Virus record (IMG/VR): IMGVR_UViG_3300031673_013668
Source of the DNA: an uncultured virus (IMG/VR IMGVR_UViG_3300031673_013668)
Lineage: Duplodnaviria; Heunggongvirae; Uroviricota; Caudoviricetes
Length of the DNA stretch: 64,000 bases
Strand: one strand, 5' to 3'
This document shows, piece after piece, positions 33,014-44,487 of this stretch. The notes below the pieces were generated by a model, which did no database searches, had not been told where the DNA came from, and worked only from the letters and a program-made list of their open reading frames with translations. The position numbers and the translations under genes are program-made. Within the stretch, counting starts at the first letter, position 1. Each line of letters opens with the position of its first letter.

Positions 33014-33116
33014 GATCGCCTCCCTTAAATATCGAAGTTAGGTAGATAATATTGATGGTCGGGGCTTCGACTAATCGAAACATTTAAATACTCCCTTATA
33101 ATATATCTTATTAGAG
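33014..33116 (+). promoter_or_regulatory. 103-bp promoter/stem-loop repeat, copy 1
   Basis: GATCGCCTC..AAATATCGAAGT..CTTCGACTAATCGAAACATTTAAATACT..ATTAGAG; TATA box TTTAAATA upstream of an ORF start. Confidence 0.85.
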
Positions 33117-34000
33117 TAAAAAAAATTAAAACTAAAAAAAAGTGAATAAAAAAATGGTAAATGAAAAAATCGAACAAATAAGGAAAATATTAGGAGAATT
33201 ACAAGACTCATCATGTCGATTTGGTCAGATTAAATGTGAGGAATGTGAATTTCATCAACCCTTTGATTCTAACATTGATTTATCGGGAGAAAATAAGACT
33301 TCATAAATCCTTTAATACTCCTCTTTTATGGAGACCCAAGAATCCCTTTTTTCATCACAATTTTACGGGGTAGAATTTTTGTAATTTTTTTCTCCATAAA
33401 ATCTCTTAAAAAAATAATAAACCTTCTTTCTAATGGAGATTTGAATATACTCTCTAATTATTTCAAATTGATAGACCCACTAATCATAAGAAGATTTAAT
33501 AAATATAACCTCAAAAAAAAGAAATAAAAAGGACTTCTTCTCTTCTGAATCTAATGGGTTATGGAGTCATTCAATGTTTAATCAATCTATGATAGAAAAA
33601 AATCTATTAAATTATAATAATTCTGAGTGATCCTACCATTATAATCTTTAATTCTTTTCTTTTTTCAAGAGAAGAAAAAAAAGAGCAAAAAACCGCATGT
33701 ATATGAGATGTATATTGGATAAGCGCAGACAGAGGGATTAACCCGACATATATACATATCATATACATGAAAAATTAATTTTTTACCTTTTTTTTAAAAA
33801 AAGTAAAAAAATCGTTTCCATTACGCATGAAAGCGACAAAAAGAGCTAACCCACTCGGAGACTCACTTATCCTGAATTATAGAAATTATAAAAATAATTT
33901 TTTTAGCAATAAAGAAGGACCTAATTATACTAGCATAAAATATATATATCCGAAAAAGAAAATATAAAATAATATAATTATATTAATTCTTATTTTAAAA

Positions 34001-35941
34001 ATGACAAGTACAAATCAGAGTAAGACTCCAAAAAGGGAAATCAGTAAACGAGTGAATTTAGGGGGATATTATAATAAATATGGGACAAAAGTAGGTCCCT
34101 ACAAAAAGACGTTTAAGAAATATCCTAATCATTATTTTACAGAACTTATTGATCCGAATACGGGGCAACCAAGGCTGGCTGAGGTCTGGGTAAAGGGTAA
34201 ACAACGCAGAAGCAGATGGGTTGAGGATAAAAGGAAAGCAAAACTCATCTCATTAGCTATGGCAAAAGAAGCATTTGAAAGACAACCACAAAAAGCGAAA
34301 TCTAAGGATTTGACATATCGAGCAAAAAAAGTATTCGATCAAGATAATATTACAACGTCTTATATTACGAATCCAGGGCGAAGTGACGTTGAGGATTTAG
34401 ATACTCCTCCCTCTAAGAAAGTCGAGAAAAAGGAAAGTAAACTCATAAAAGAAAAACCAGAAGTAATAAAACCAAAAACTTCAATCACTGATGCAGACAA
34501 AGAAAAGGTTGCTGAGATTAGAAAAGAATATGGCTTCAAATCAATTATCTCTCCAACAACATATAAGCGAGACAAGCCTTTAGGAGACAAACCATATTCG
34601 GAGTATTTAAAAGAAACAGAACAATCTCTAAAAGAACAGAAATTATATGTTCAAAATATATGGGATGTGTCTAATTATTTAAATGAAAGCATTCTAACCC
34701 CTGAAGAATATAAGAAAGAAGGTAAAAGTATCCCGTATGAGGAATATATTAATAAATATAGACTGAAGGCTTCACAAGAAAAGGAGAAAAAGCAAAAAGA
34801 AACAGATGAAAGAGTACGATTACGTCAAGAAAAAGAGGATAAAATAAAATTAGCACTCGAACAAGCCCTTCCCAATATCGAAACCGAAAAGGATTTAAAG
34901 AAAAAGGTTTCTGAAATTGCTAAAGAATTTGGAGAACAAGATGTTAGTGTCAGAAATGCATTTGGTGCTGAACAATATTATAAAAAAGAACGTGAATTAA
35001 AAGAAGCAGAAGAAAGACTGCTTTTAGATACAGGAGAAACAGGAGAGCGTATAGATGAAACTATAAAAACATGGAATGCAGAATCTTATAAAATGCTTAA
35101 ACAAGCAATAGGATCAAAAGAGGCTAAGACCATAACGTCTAAAGAATTAATGTCCGGGAATATTATAAATGCCGCAGTAATTACAGGTTCGGATCCAGAA
35201 TGGGGCTTAAAACGCTCATGGTTAGGTGAAACTGAATGGTCTCGATCAGGGCGTATAAAATCAAAAACCTATTCTGAATCTGAAGCAGAATCTCTCCCTC
35301 TTGGGAGCTTAGTAGAAATCAAAGATAGACAAGGAACAAAAATCTGGAAAAAGACAGACTCGGATAAATGGGCTCTTGTTTCAGAGAAACAAGGGTATGA
35401 CACAAAGATATATGGGATTGTTTCGAAGGCGAGAACTTCAAAGAAATCACAACAAGAACTACAGCTTTTAGTAGAAGAAGGAAAAGATATAGGCACAAGA
35501 ATAAATGCTTTAAAACAGATTAAAGACGAAAAATTCTTAGAATTAATTGCAACCTCTGATAAAAATTATCGAATGAAATCTATTGCATATAGGCGCTTAA
35601 AAGAAATAAATCCTGAATCTCCTAAACTTAAAAATTTGCGTGAATATTACCAAAAATCTAAAGAGCAAGAAAAAGAAGCAATACTTCAGTATAGATCTAA
35701 TGAATATGCCTATATATATGGAAAAGTTAGAGATAAATCAAAGATGTTAGAAGCACTTCCAAAAATCTCACGAGTAGATATATTAACAGATGCTATGAAA
35801 AATAAAGATAATGAGATTGCCTTATTAGCCTATGAGCAAATGAAACAAAACCGTTTAGAAAACCTAAAGGATATTAAAAAAAGAAAAGCATATTCTTTCA
35901 TTAATGATGAAGTTATAAAGAAAATAGAAACAGACCTTTAA
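34001..35941 (+). CDS. Large basic/coiled-coil hypothetical protein
   Basis: 646-aa ORF; N-terminal GYYNKYGTKVGPY motif; C-terminal HEAT-like helical repeats. Confidence 0.7.
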   Translation: MTSTNQSKTPKREISKRVNLGGYYNKYGTKVGPYKKTFKKYPNHYFTELIDPNTGQPRLAEVWVKGKQRRSRWVEDKRKAKLISLAMAKEAFERQPQKAKSKDLTYRAKKVFDQDNITTSYITNPGRSDVEDLDTPPSKKVEKKESKLIKEKPEVIKPKTSITDADKEKVAEIRKEYGFKSIISPTTYKRDKPLGDKPYSEYLKETEQSLKEQKLYVQNIWDVSNYLNESILTPEEYKKEGKSIPYEEYINKYRLKASQEKEKKQKETDERVRLRQEKEDKIKLALEQALPNIETEKDLKKKVSEIAKEFGEQDVSVRNAFGAEQYYKKERELKEAEERLLLDTGETGERIDETIKTWNAESYKMLKQAIGSKEAKTITSKELMSGNIINAAVITGSDPEWGLKRSWLGETEWSRSGRIKSKTYSESEAESLPLGSLVEIKDRQGTKIWKKTDSDKWALVSEKQGYDTKIYGIVSKARTSKKSQQELQLLVEEGKDIGTRINALKQIKDEKFLELIATSDKNYRMKSIAYRRLKEINPESPKLKNLREYYQKSKEQEKEAILQYRSNEYAYIYGKVRDKSKMLEALPKISRVDILTDAMKNKDNEIALLAYEQMKQNRLENLKDIKKRKAYSFINDEVIKKIETDL

Positions 35942-35955
35942 ATAAAGCAAAAAGA

Positions 35956-37071
35956 TTACCAATCTTCATATCTAAAATATCTTTCTTTTGGGCTATATTT
36001 CATATACTCTGGCATAATCTCCCTTAGTAATGTGGTAATAACAAATACGGATGTATCATATTCAAATGCAATATCATTAATGCTGATACATTGAAATCTC
36101 ATTGCAAAAATATCTTCTATCTCCTTTTCAGAAAAAGATTCCAAAATATACTCAAGAAATCTCTCTTTTTCTTCATGATCTTCTAATTTATATTTATCAT
36201 AATCTCCCATATTTCTTTTCAAATTCTTCCTTATTGTTTGTACTGTATAACCCATAATCTCTGCAATTACTTTATTTGATAACCTCTTTTTTTTAAGATC
36301 AATTGCTTTCTGAAGATTAAACCGGGGGGCTCTACCAGATTTAAGGGCATGAAAATTATGATAATCACACATATTTGCCTTTAAGTATTTTATAATAATT
36401 CTCTCAGAAAGCTTCATAATCTTTCCGATCTCAGAATTTGATTTTCTCATTCTCTTAAATGCAATCATTTTCTCAATATCTTTATATTCTTTACTCATAC
36501 GAATAAGATTAACAATTCTTGTATATGAACAATTATATTTTTCACATAGCTGAATTTTATTAATCTTTAAAGAATTATGATAAAAAGTATCAAAAGAGAT
36601 ATTATTAACCTTAAACCATTTTAAGAGACGGATCTCTCCTCTCTTTTTGAGTACTTTTTCATCCTTTAACCAATTTCTAATTGATTGAGCAGATACTTTT
36701 TTCTCTAAGGAATTCTCTATTTCTTGAAAAGTCATAAATTCTTCAAGATATAATTTCTTTATTTCATCAAGATTAAATTTAGATCTTCTTTCTACTAATG
36801 CAATTGCTTTTTTTCTTCCTCTCTCAAGGATTTCATGTAATGCAATTAACATATTCTCTCTTTTTCCTTTATCTCGCCAAGCAACTTTAGTTCGCTCAGA
36901 ATCATCACGTCTAGGTAAATTCCATTTCCACATCAATCGATATATTTTTTGAGTGTGTATTTTTATCCCTTTTGTTTTCTCTAATAACTTCGATATCTCT
37001 GGAACACTTAATTCCTCATTCCAATAAAGATGATACAACCTCTTTTTAGTTATAATTTCCTTTTTCCTCAT
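35956..37071 (-). CDS. Tandem multi-HTH DNA-binding protein
   Basis: About six HTH repeats (LSVPEIS, MTFQEI, KSNSEIG, LSNKVIA, ISINDIA). Confidence 0.75.
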   Translation of the reverse strand: MRKKEIITKKRLYHLYWNEELSVPEISKLLEKTKGIKIHTQKIYRLMWKWNLPRRDDSERTKVAWRDKGKRENMLIALHEILERGRKKAIALVERRSKFNLDEIKKLYLEEFMTFQEIENSLEKKVSAQSIRNWLKDEKVLKKRGEIRLLKWFKVNNISFDTFYHNSLKINKIQLCEKYNCSYTRIVNLIRMSKEYKDIEKMIAFKRMRKSNSEIGKIMKLSERIIIKYLKANMCDYHNFHALKSGRAPRFNLQKAIDLKKKRLSNKVIAEIMGYTVQTIRKNLKRNMGDYDKYKLEDHEEKERFLEYILESFSEKEIEDIFAMRFQCISINDIAFEYDTSVFVITTLLREIMPEYMKYSPKERYFRYEDW

Positions 37072-37107
37072 ATCTCTCCAAATATTTTAAATAAGAACTC
37101 ATGTTTT

Positions 37108-37692
37108 TTTCACATCCTTTATTTTATTATAAGCTCTTTTCTCTTTAAACAGGGTTCACGCAGAGCCTTAGACCCTGACTACTAAAATGAAAAGAAAAAA
37201 ATTAATTAAGATTATCTTAGGCCTTCAATTTTAAGGATCTGATCTAAGATTTGTTTTTGTTTTTGAGTTTCGATATAATAATGACCAGACATATTGATTA
37301 TTACGTCTCTTTCACTCACTAATTCTTCAAATAAGTTTTGTGCTTTCTCTGTTTTTAGTTCAATAATCGTTGTTTCTTGTATTCCTTTCTCTTTATGAAT
37401 TCTTTTAGCGAATCTAGGGGTACAATCCCAAACATCAATATAGAATTCAAATTCAACGACAGAAATATATTCATAAATTACATCGCTCTCACTAATCTCT
37501 CCTCTGATTGGAATCCCTTTAAGTTCTTCTTCTAATGCTTGATCATCATTCCAATATTTTTCCATAAATTCTTGGCGACTAAATATCCGTTTTTTAATCT
37601 CTGACATTTTCTTTCACATCCTTTATTTTATTATAAGCTCTTTTCTCTTTAAACAGGGTTCACGCAGAGCCTTAGACCCTGACTACTAAAAT
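37108..37692 (-). repeat. Exact 81-bp direct repeat (37108..37188 and 37612..37692) flanking ORF 37212..37607
   Basis: Contains CAGGGT..ACCCTG hairpin, TTTAAA and SD; related copy on + strand at ~42613..42658. Confidence 0.9.
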
Positions 37693-40201
37693 AGAAGAAA
37701 TTATTTATTTAATTCCCTTGATTTTATCTTTGAAGGGAAGGATGAATTCGATAGTATCATCAAGAGAAACTTTCACCTCAGAAGGAACAGGCTTCTGAGG
37801 ATTAACCTGAGCTATTTCAGCAGATTCAAGATTCAGTATCTTCATTTTACCTTCAGAATACCAAATTTGATTGGTATTCTTTAAGATAATTTTCTTTCCA
37901 TTTTGAAGGGCATCTCTGATTGTTCCTTCCGTAATCTCTTTTTCATTTGTTTCCATTTTTTTCACATCCTTTTTTTAAGATTTAGTTTTTATATACTGAA
38001 ACAATTCATCAAGTGTATCAAAGGCGAGAATACACTCCCCTTTACACATATCGCATCCAACTGGCGATACTTCATTTGAAGTATGACCGCAATCATTGTC
38101 ATACATAAATTGCCTCAACACCTCAATGGCTTTTACCATTTTTTATCATCACTTTTATACTTTTATTTTTTTTACTTGTCCGCCCTTTTCCTAAGATAAG
38201 AGCAGAAAATTAAAAAAAAGAAAAAAATTAAATCTTTTTAGGTTTTAATTGTTTGATTTTGTCTTGAATTTTATAATATTCTGTTCTTTCCTTGGATCCT
38301 GCAACAAATTTAGGATATTTGATTATGCTTTCCCACATTGGCTCTTTTCCAATGTGTTGACAAAAACATTGAATATCATATTCAATGCATTCTACATGCC
38401 CATCCCATTCATCAAAGATTTTATTTTTTACTAACCTAAAATCCTCGCTTTGAGCTGTTTCGTCGAATGTAGAATCTAAAGGGATTCCAGCTTTTATAAT
38501 ATCTCCAAATTTTAGAGGGTAATATTTTTCACTCCAGTAAGTAAAATCGTATTCTTTTTTAAATTCAAAATCTTTACTCATATTCTCTATTGTTTTTGTT
38601 TGCAATTTTTTTTTCACCTTTATGCATAATATATGGGATCTTATTTTTACAAGCTGAATCCCAGAGCTTGTTGGTAATAATATCAATAATAGCTCTCATG
38701 GCATCCATCTTATTGCTTATCCTATTACTCATCTCATTATAATAAGCAAACAAATAGATAGTATTAATATTATTACCAAGGGGGTTGAAGCGTCCTTCTC
38801 CAATCTGCATGAGCATAACATAATTTACGTCTAAATTATACAATGGATTTTTACAACTTTTCTGTTGCCTTAATTTAATAGTTCTATTCCTTAAAACTAA
38901 GGAAAATAGAATAAAACAATTTTTACAACTTTTTTGTTGTGCGCTACTTTCATTTTTTTTATTATAATATATATTATAATAAGAGAAACAAATCTTGCTT
39001 AAAAAATCTCTATCATCTACTTTCCCAACCCTCCAGAGAGGGGGAATTTTGACTGGGGTTTTTATTGAGGCTAAACCTCGCATTGGCATACTTATAGATG
39101 AAGAAACCACCTTTAAAACATCATCTGTCAATGCTCCTTTTTTGTTCGGATTATTATAAAGAAAACGGAGAGAAACTTTACAACAATCTCTCTCTTTTTG
39201 TTTGTATTGTCTGAGAGAAAAGAGAAATAAACTTTCAAACAATAACTCTTTTTTCATTCGCATTAGAAACGAGAAAAAAGAATGAAACTCTTCTCTAATG
39301 AACCTGTTTTTATTCGCATTATCCCTAAATAAACAAGCTGGAAACTCAGAGATAATGACTCTCTTTTTATTAGCGATATTAACAAGAAAAGAGATTTCAA
39401 ACTTATCAATATCGGTTATTCTTTTCATTCTCTTATAATCGTTTGGAAAAATAACAAAACCATAATTACAAGAGTCTATGAGCAGAGCTCGACAGGATTT
39501 TGCTCTACTTTGCGTTCGTCTGCAAGAGACTATTTGCGTTTCAGCTACTCTCATGAGTCGAGATGGCTCATAAACAGAGTACAGATCATCATTAAAATTA
39601 AAAATAGAAAAAAAAGAAAAATTAAACATTTGGGAAGGGAACCTCCACAGCAATTTCCTTTAATAGTTTAATATATCTAGGGGGTAAATTATAAAATAAC
39701 CTCCCTCCAGAGGATTTATAATTCGCTCTGTCTCCATCTTGATAATAAACCCTCTGAGATAGGAAAACTATTTTATACTGCCCCCATAAGGGGAAAAAGT
39801 AGAGTTTATTTTTCTCTTTTATCCAATCCCTCTCTTCTTCTAGTTCAGAGGGAAAAGACCGAAAAGAATTCCCTGTGAAAGTTTTATGATCATGTTGTGA
39901 AAACGCAACATTATCATAACTAAAATCTTCTGGAAAGAATTTTCTTTTAAGAAGCGTCTTAAAAAGATCAAGCTTCTTAAAAACTCTTTTTTCTTCTCTT
40001 TTTTTTATCCGCACAAAAGCATTATGTTGTGCTTTCGTGTGGATATTTTGGCAAATTTGACACATTTTATTATCACTTTTTTTTAAAATCTTTTTTCTTA
40101 ATATAAAGATAAATATTCTTATATTTAAACTTTACCCAATCGGTAAAAACATTTAAATACTCAATTTACTATATTAATATTAAGAAAAAAAAATTATAAA
40201 A

Positions 40202-41152
40202 ATGAAAAAAATGGTAAAACAACAATATACAGTCCAAAATAACCACCAAAATAACCACATAACTTTTAATGAGTTTAAATCAAAAATAAACTCTCAAGGC
40301 TATTATGTCTCTGATGAGTTTATTTTGTATAACTCATTTTTAGCGATAAAAGATATGGGATCTTTAGTATCACAAAAGATCTCATGCCTTTTAATTGATG
40401 GGCCTCCAGGAGCAGGAAAAACCTTTCTTGCTCAAACTATTTCAAAAATACTCTCCGCAGAATTGATAAAATATCAATTTACTGCGGGGACTGGTGTTGA
40501 AGACCTTTTGTACGATTTAAATATTTTAAAAATCGTACAAGGGATGGGAGGGCACCAAATAGACACTATTTATCTAGATGGTGTCCTTCCTCAAGCAATA
40601 AAATCATCTAATAATAATACCATTATTTTATTATTAGATGAGATGGATAAGGCATCTCCAAAAGTAGATGCATTTTTGCTTGACTTTTTGCAAAATGGGG
40701 AACTTTATAATCCCCATTTAGGCGAATTGAGGGCTAATGAGGAGAATCTTCTCATTATTATTACAAAAAATAATGAGAGACTTTTATCAGAACCTCTTAT
40801 GAGAAGGATGAGAAGATTATATCTTGATTTTCCCTCAAAATCTATTGAGGAGAAAATCATTATAGAATCGATTCCTGATTTGCCTGTTATTGCTGCTAAA
40901 TTATTAGTTGCTTTAGCAAATAAAATCAGGAATCTCAGAGGTACTCGAAATGAACCATTAAAGGTTCCGAGCACTCCTGAATTAATTAGATGTGCAAAAG
41001 ACATCGTTTTCTCAATGTCTCAAGAGATTTCAAAAGAAATGTTGGGGATCTTAATTAAACAATGGCTTATAAGTTATATCGAGGACAACCATGTCCTTGA
41101 AGAGACTGTCGCACATCTCGGAGGCCAATTTCAATCATATTTTCAGAAATAA
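40202..41152 (+). CDS. MoxR-family AAA+ ATPase
   Basis: GPPGAGKT, LLLDEMDKA, NNERLLSEPLMRR. Confidence 0.92.
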   Translation: MKKMVKQQYTVQNNHQNNHITFNEFKSKINSQGYYVSDEFILYNSFLAIKDMGSLVSQKISCLLIDGPPGAGKTFLAQTISKILSAELIKYQFTAGTGVEDLLYDLNILKIVQGMGGHQIDTIYLDGVLPQAIKSSNNNTIILLLDEMDKASPKVDAFLLDFLQNGELYNPHLGELRANEENLLIIITKNNERLLSEPLMRRMRRLYLDFPSKSIEEKIIIESIPDLPVIAAKLLVALANKIRNLRGTRNEPLKVPSTPELIRCAKDIVFSMSQEISKEMLGILIKQWLISYIEDNHVLEETVAHLGGQFQSYFQK

Positions 41153-41187
41153 TTTTCTTTTATTTTTCTATTTTAATTTATTTCAAA

Positions 41188-42591
41188 TTGAGAAGAAAAG
41201 AAATGAAAGAAAATAGCAATAAAAATAAAATTTCCAATCTTGGTAAAGTCGTCCAAAATTGGAAGGAAGGAATGAAGCTCGAAGATGAGCAATTAGTTCA
41301 TTTTTGTTTAGAACATAAAATGGATCCATCTTCGAGTTTCAATCAAAGTGAGATTCAATCACTTATATCAAAGGCTCTTTCCTCTTATTGCTATAGTAAT
41401 AATAAGAAAGAGCAAAAAGAAAGAAAAGAGACTCAAGAGATTGATGAAATGCCTCCTGAAGAGCAAGAGGAACAAGAAGAAGCTCATGGAGGCAGAGAAG
41501 ACGAGCATCAAGATATTAAAGAGTCTCAAGATCAAGATAATCAATCAAATCAACAGCAAAATAACTCTCAATCACAACAACAATCACAACAACAATCTTC
41601 TCAAAATCAAGGCAATAATTCTCAAAGTGAATCAGAATCAAATACGTCTCAGTCCCAACAACAATCTCAGCAAAAAACCAAGTCTAAAGACTCTTCATCT
41701 AAAGACTCTTCAGATAATAATAGATCAAATAGTAATAATAAAAAACAACAAGTTGCTCAAATTATTAAAAATAATAAAAAAGCAAACAAAAAATTTGAGC
41801 AATTTATGAATGAATATGGTTCTACAGAAAAATCAGAGATCACACTTGCGCAAAATACCTCTCGCAAGGTTGGATATGGAGGGGGTGGGGCAAGAATGGA
41901 TGATGCAAATGACACAGACTTTAATACGTTCAAAAGCATTCAAGACTTTCTCATTAAACTAGCTTCTGATGATGCCCCAATGGGAAGGCTTGAAGGGAAG
42001 GCGAAATGGGATGGGAATAAAATTGTAAAATCCCGTTTCAATGGAGATTTCAATAATGCAAAATTCGATAGACCAAAAGAAAGAAATATTTGGTTTATCG
42101 TAGATGATTCAGGGAGCGTTTCAAGATTTGCAGAATTCATAATGTCAATGATACAAGGTGCTGCGAATGTTGTTAATGTAGTTCACGGTTCCGAAGCAAA
42201 ACCATGCAACTGGGTTAAGTTACCAAAAGTGAATAAGCCTAAAATCTTACGATTAAGCGATCTTGATACCTATAAAGTATGGCATCAAGAATTCAAATAT
42301 TCTTTTATAGAATGTTTAGAAAACTTCATAAAAGAATGCGAAATTAAGATCGGAGATGTCTTAGTTTTCTGGGGCGATCTTATGGATGCCTTAGAAAGTA
42401 ATACAGATACTCCTGAAGTTTTCAGAAAATTATTGAGAAGCTATAAATGTTATTGGCTTCTTAGTCATAATGGTAATTCCCCCTATTATGGGAATCACAC
42501 AAGAGTTATTGAAATGAGTAAAGCGTTCAAAATGCTTTATGAAATCAATGACTCCATTTCATTAAGAAAAGCAATACAAAAAATAAAATAA
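41188..42591 (+). CDS. VWA-domain protein with Q/S/N-rich low-complexity linker (MoxR partner)
   Basis: MIDAS motif FIVDDSGS; adjacent to MoxR; start probably ATG 41203. Confidence 0.8.
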   Translation: MRRKEMKENSNKNKISNLGKVVQNWKEGMKLEDEQLVHFCLEHKMDPSSSFNQSEIQSLISKALSSYCYSNNKKEQKERKETQEIDEMPPEEQEEQEEAHGGREDEHQDIKESQDQDNQSNQQQNNSQSQQQSQQQSSQNQGNNSQSESESNTSQSQQQSQQKTKSKDSSSKDSSDNNRSNSNNKKQQVAQIIKNNKKANKKFEQFMNEYGSTEKSEITLAQNTSRKVGYGGGGARMDDANDTDFNTFKSIQDFLIKLASDDAPMGRLEGKAKWDGNKIVKSRFNGDFNNAKFDRPKERNIWFIVDDSGSVSRFAEFIMSMIQGAANVVNVVHGSEAKPCNWVKLPKVNKPKILRLSDLDTYKVWHQEFKYSFIECLENFIKECEIKIGDVLVFWGDLMDALESNTDTPEVFRKLLRSYKCYWLLSHNGNSPYYGNHTRVIEMSKAFKMLYEINDSISLRKAIQKIK

Positions 42592-43875
42592 ATTTGCAAG
42601 ACCTTTATATTTTCAGGGTTCTTAGGCTTGCGTAACCCTGTTTAAATAGAAAAGAGCTCAAACAAAAAATAAAAAGAGAGGTAAATAAAAAAATAATGTA
42701 TAATTTAAAATATTTGGAGAAAATAAATAATATACAGGATGTTTTCGAAATTGTATTAAAGAATTTCACAAATAAATATTCTGATTCAGTACAGAGGAAG
42801 ATGGCACTCTCCATTCTTGAATTCTTTAATGGAGGTTTAGTTATCGATGAAAACGACATAGAAAAAACAGAGAGTGGTTTCAGTGTATCTAAAAAGAAAT
42901 ACCCCAAACTTAATCCAAATAAGAGGTGAACTTTATTACGTTAAAAAAATATGATGGTAAGCAATACTTTTGTTTACATTGTCTTTCTCATGGCGTTTTA
43001 ACTAAGCTTTCTTTTCATGAGGGGTTAGATCATAAAGAAGAGTGCCCAAAATGCCTCTGGGTCAATGATCTCTTTGATGATGCTGAGGACGTTCCTGTGA
43101 TTATAAGGGTTATCGTTGATGAAAATTACACAACCCAAAATTGTTATCCTTCAATCTCTTTGTCTGAAATAGAATATTTACCCCCCTTAACAAAAGAAGC
43201 TTTCTTACAATTATTAAAAAATGAGATCGTGATCCCTGGAGATGTTTTAGAATTTATTATTGATCTCTATGATCGTTCCCTTGAGAAAACTTCTTTCGAA
43301 GAACTCAAAAGAGGGGGTTATCTCAATAATCCTGATATTGAAAAGAAACTTAGAGAAATAGGGTACAATGACGATCAAACAGAATATGATATTGAGGGGT
43401 TAATACTTGAACTCGCAAAAGCATTAGACCGTCATCGAAACAAGAAAGCAATTCTTACACAGAACCAAAGAATGTTATTACATAAATTATGTAATAAAAA
43501 CACTCGAAAACTTCAAGATAAAATAAAAATGTATAAAGCTCAGATCAACGCCTCTGTGTATCTTAGCTCATCAGGCTTTTGTAAAAAAGATCTCGAGCCT
43601 ACAGACTAAAGAAAAAATTTTATAAATAAATCCTTTTTTTTCCAATACTTTTATTAATAATATTATTTAAATAGTTTCATATCATATATCTATTTAGAGC
43701 AAATTGAAAAATGTTGCTTATTAAGTTAGAGCGCCTCACTTCGAGGTTCAAGCTCTTTAACCTATTATAATGAAGAGCAGATTGAAATATATAGATAGTA
43801 AAGGTAACTCCCCCTTTTAAGAATAGGGACCTTCTTTTTTTTATTTCTTTTCCTTTTTAAATAGTCGCTAGACTT

Positions 43876-44487
43876 TTATAGAAACCTAATTTTATCGAGA
43901 TAATAGGAGAAATCGAGACCCTTATTGGGATCAATAAGTCCTGTCCCTTCCTTTTCTAACCCTTTTCTCAATTTTAAATGCGAATATCTAGTATGGTATA
44001 GGACTCGTAACATAAACACAGGCAAAATCCCCCATGAATAACATTTCAAATAAAAGAATTCCTTTTCATAGCCTAATAATCTGCATGTAACAACATGCTC
44101 TAAATTAAGTGCTGCTCTTATCTCTTCTTCATCAAGTCCTTGTATAATCAATCCCATTTTCTCATCTAACTTTTCTTTCTTTTCTTTTGTATCAGCTTCG
44201 AATCGATTATACACATAGTGTCTTAATTGTTGCTGATCTGCCTCAATAATGACATTCCTTACAACATGCCATATCTTTCTAAAATACTTTTCTTCTCCTA
44301 ATAAAAATGCTCTCACATTAAGTGCCATCTCAGGTGCTTTATTAAAACTATTTTTATTTCGCACCCGGCACGAAATAGTGACACTTTTCGAATGCCAAAA
44401 AAGTCTCTTTCTTTTATTGATAAAATAATATTCTGACTTTTCCTTATCAACTATATTATTAATATCCTGAACAATTTTTTGACTCAT
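43876..44487 (-). CDS. Hypothetical protein
   Basis: 203-aa ORF with GGAG SD. Confidence 0.6.
   Translation of the reverse strand: MSQKIVQDINNIVDKEKSEYYFINKRKRLFWHSKSVTISCRVRNKNSFNKAPEMALNVRAFLLGEEKYFRKIWHVVRNVIIEADQQQLRHYVYNRFEADTKEKKEKLDEKMGLIIQGLDEEEIRAALNLEHVVTCRLLGYEKEFFYLKCYSWGILPVFMLRVLYHTRYSHLKLRKGLEKEGTGLIDPNKGLDFSYYLDKIRFL

Noticed and set aside
41348..41809. 153-aa overlapping ORF
   Set aside because: Alternate frame of the low-complexity linker of the VWA gene
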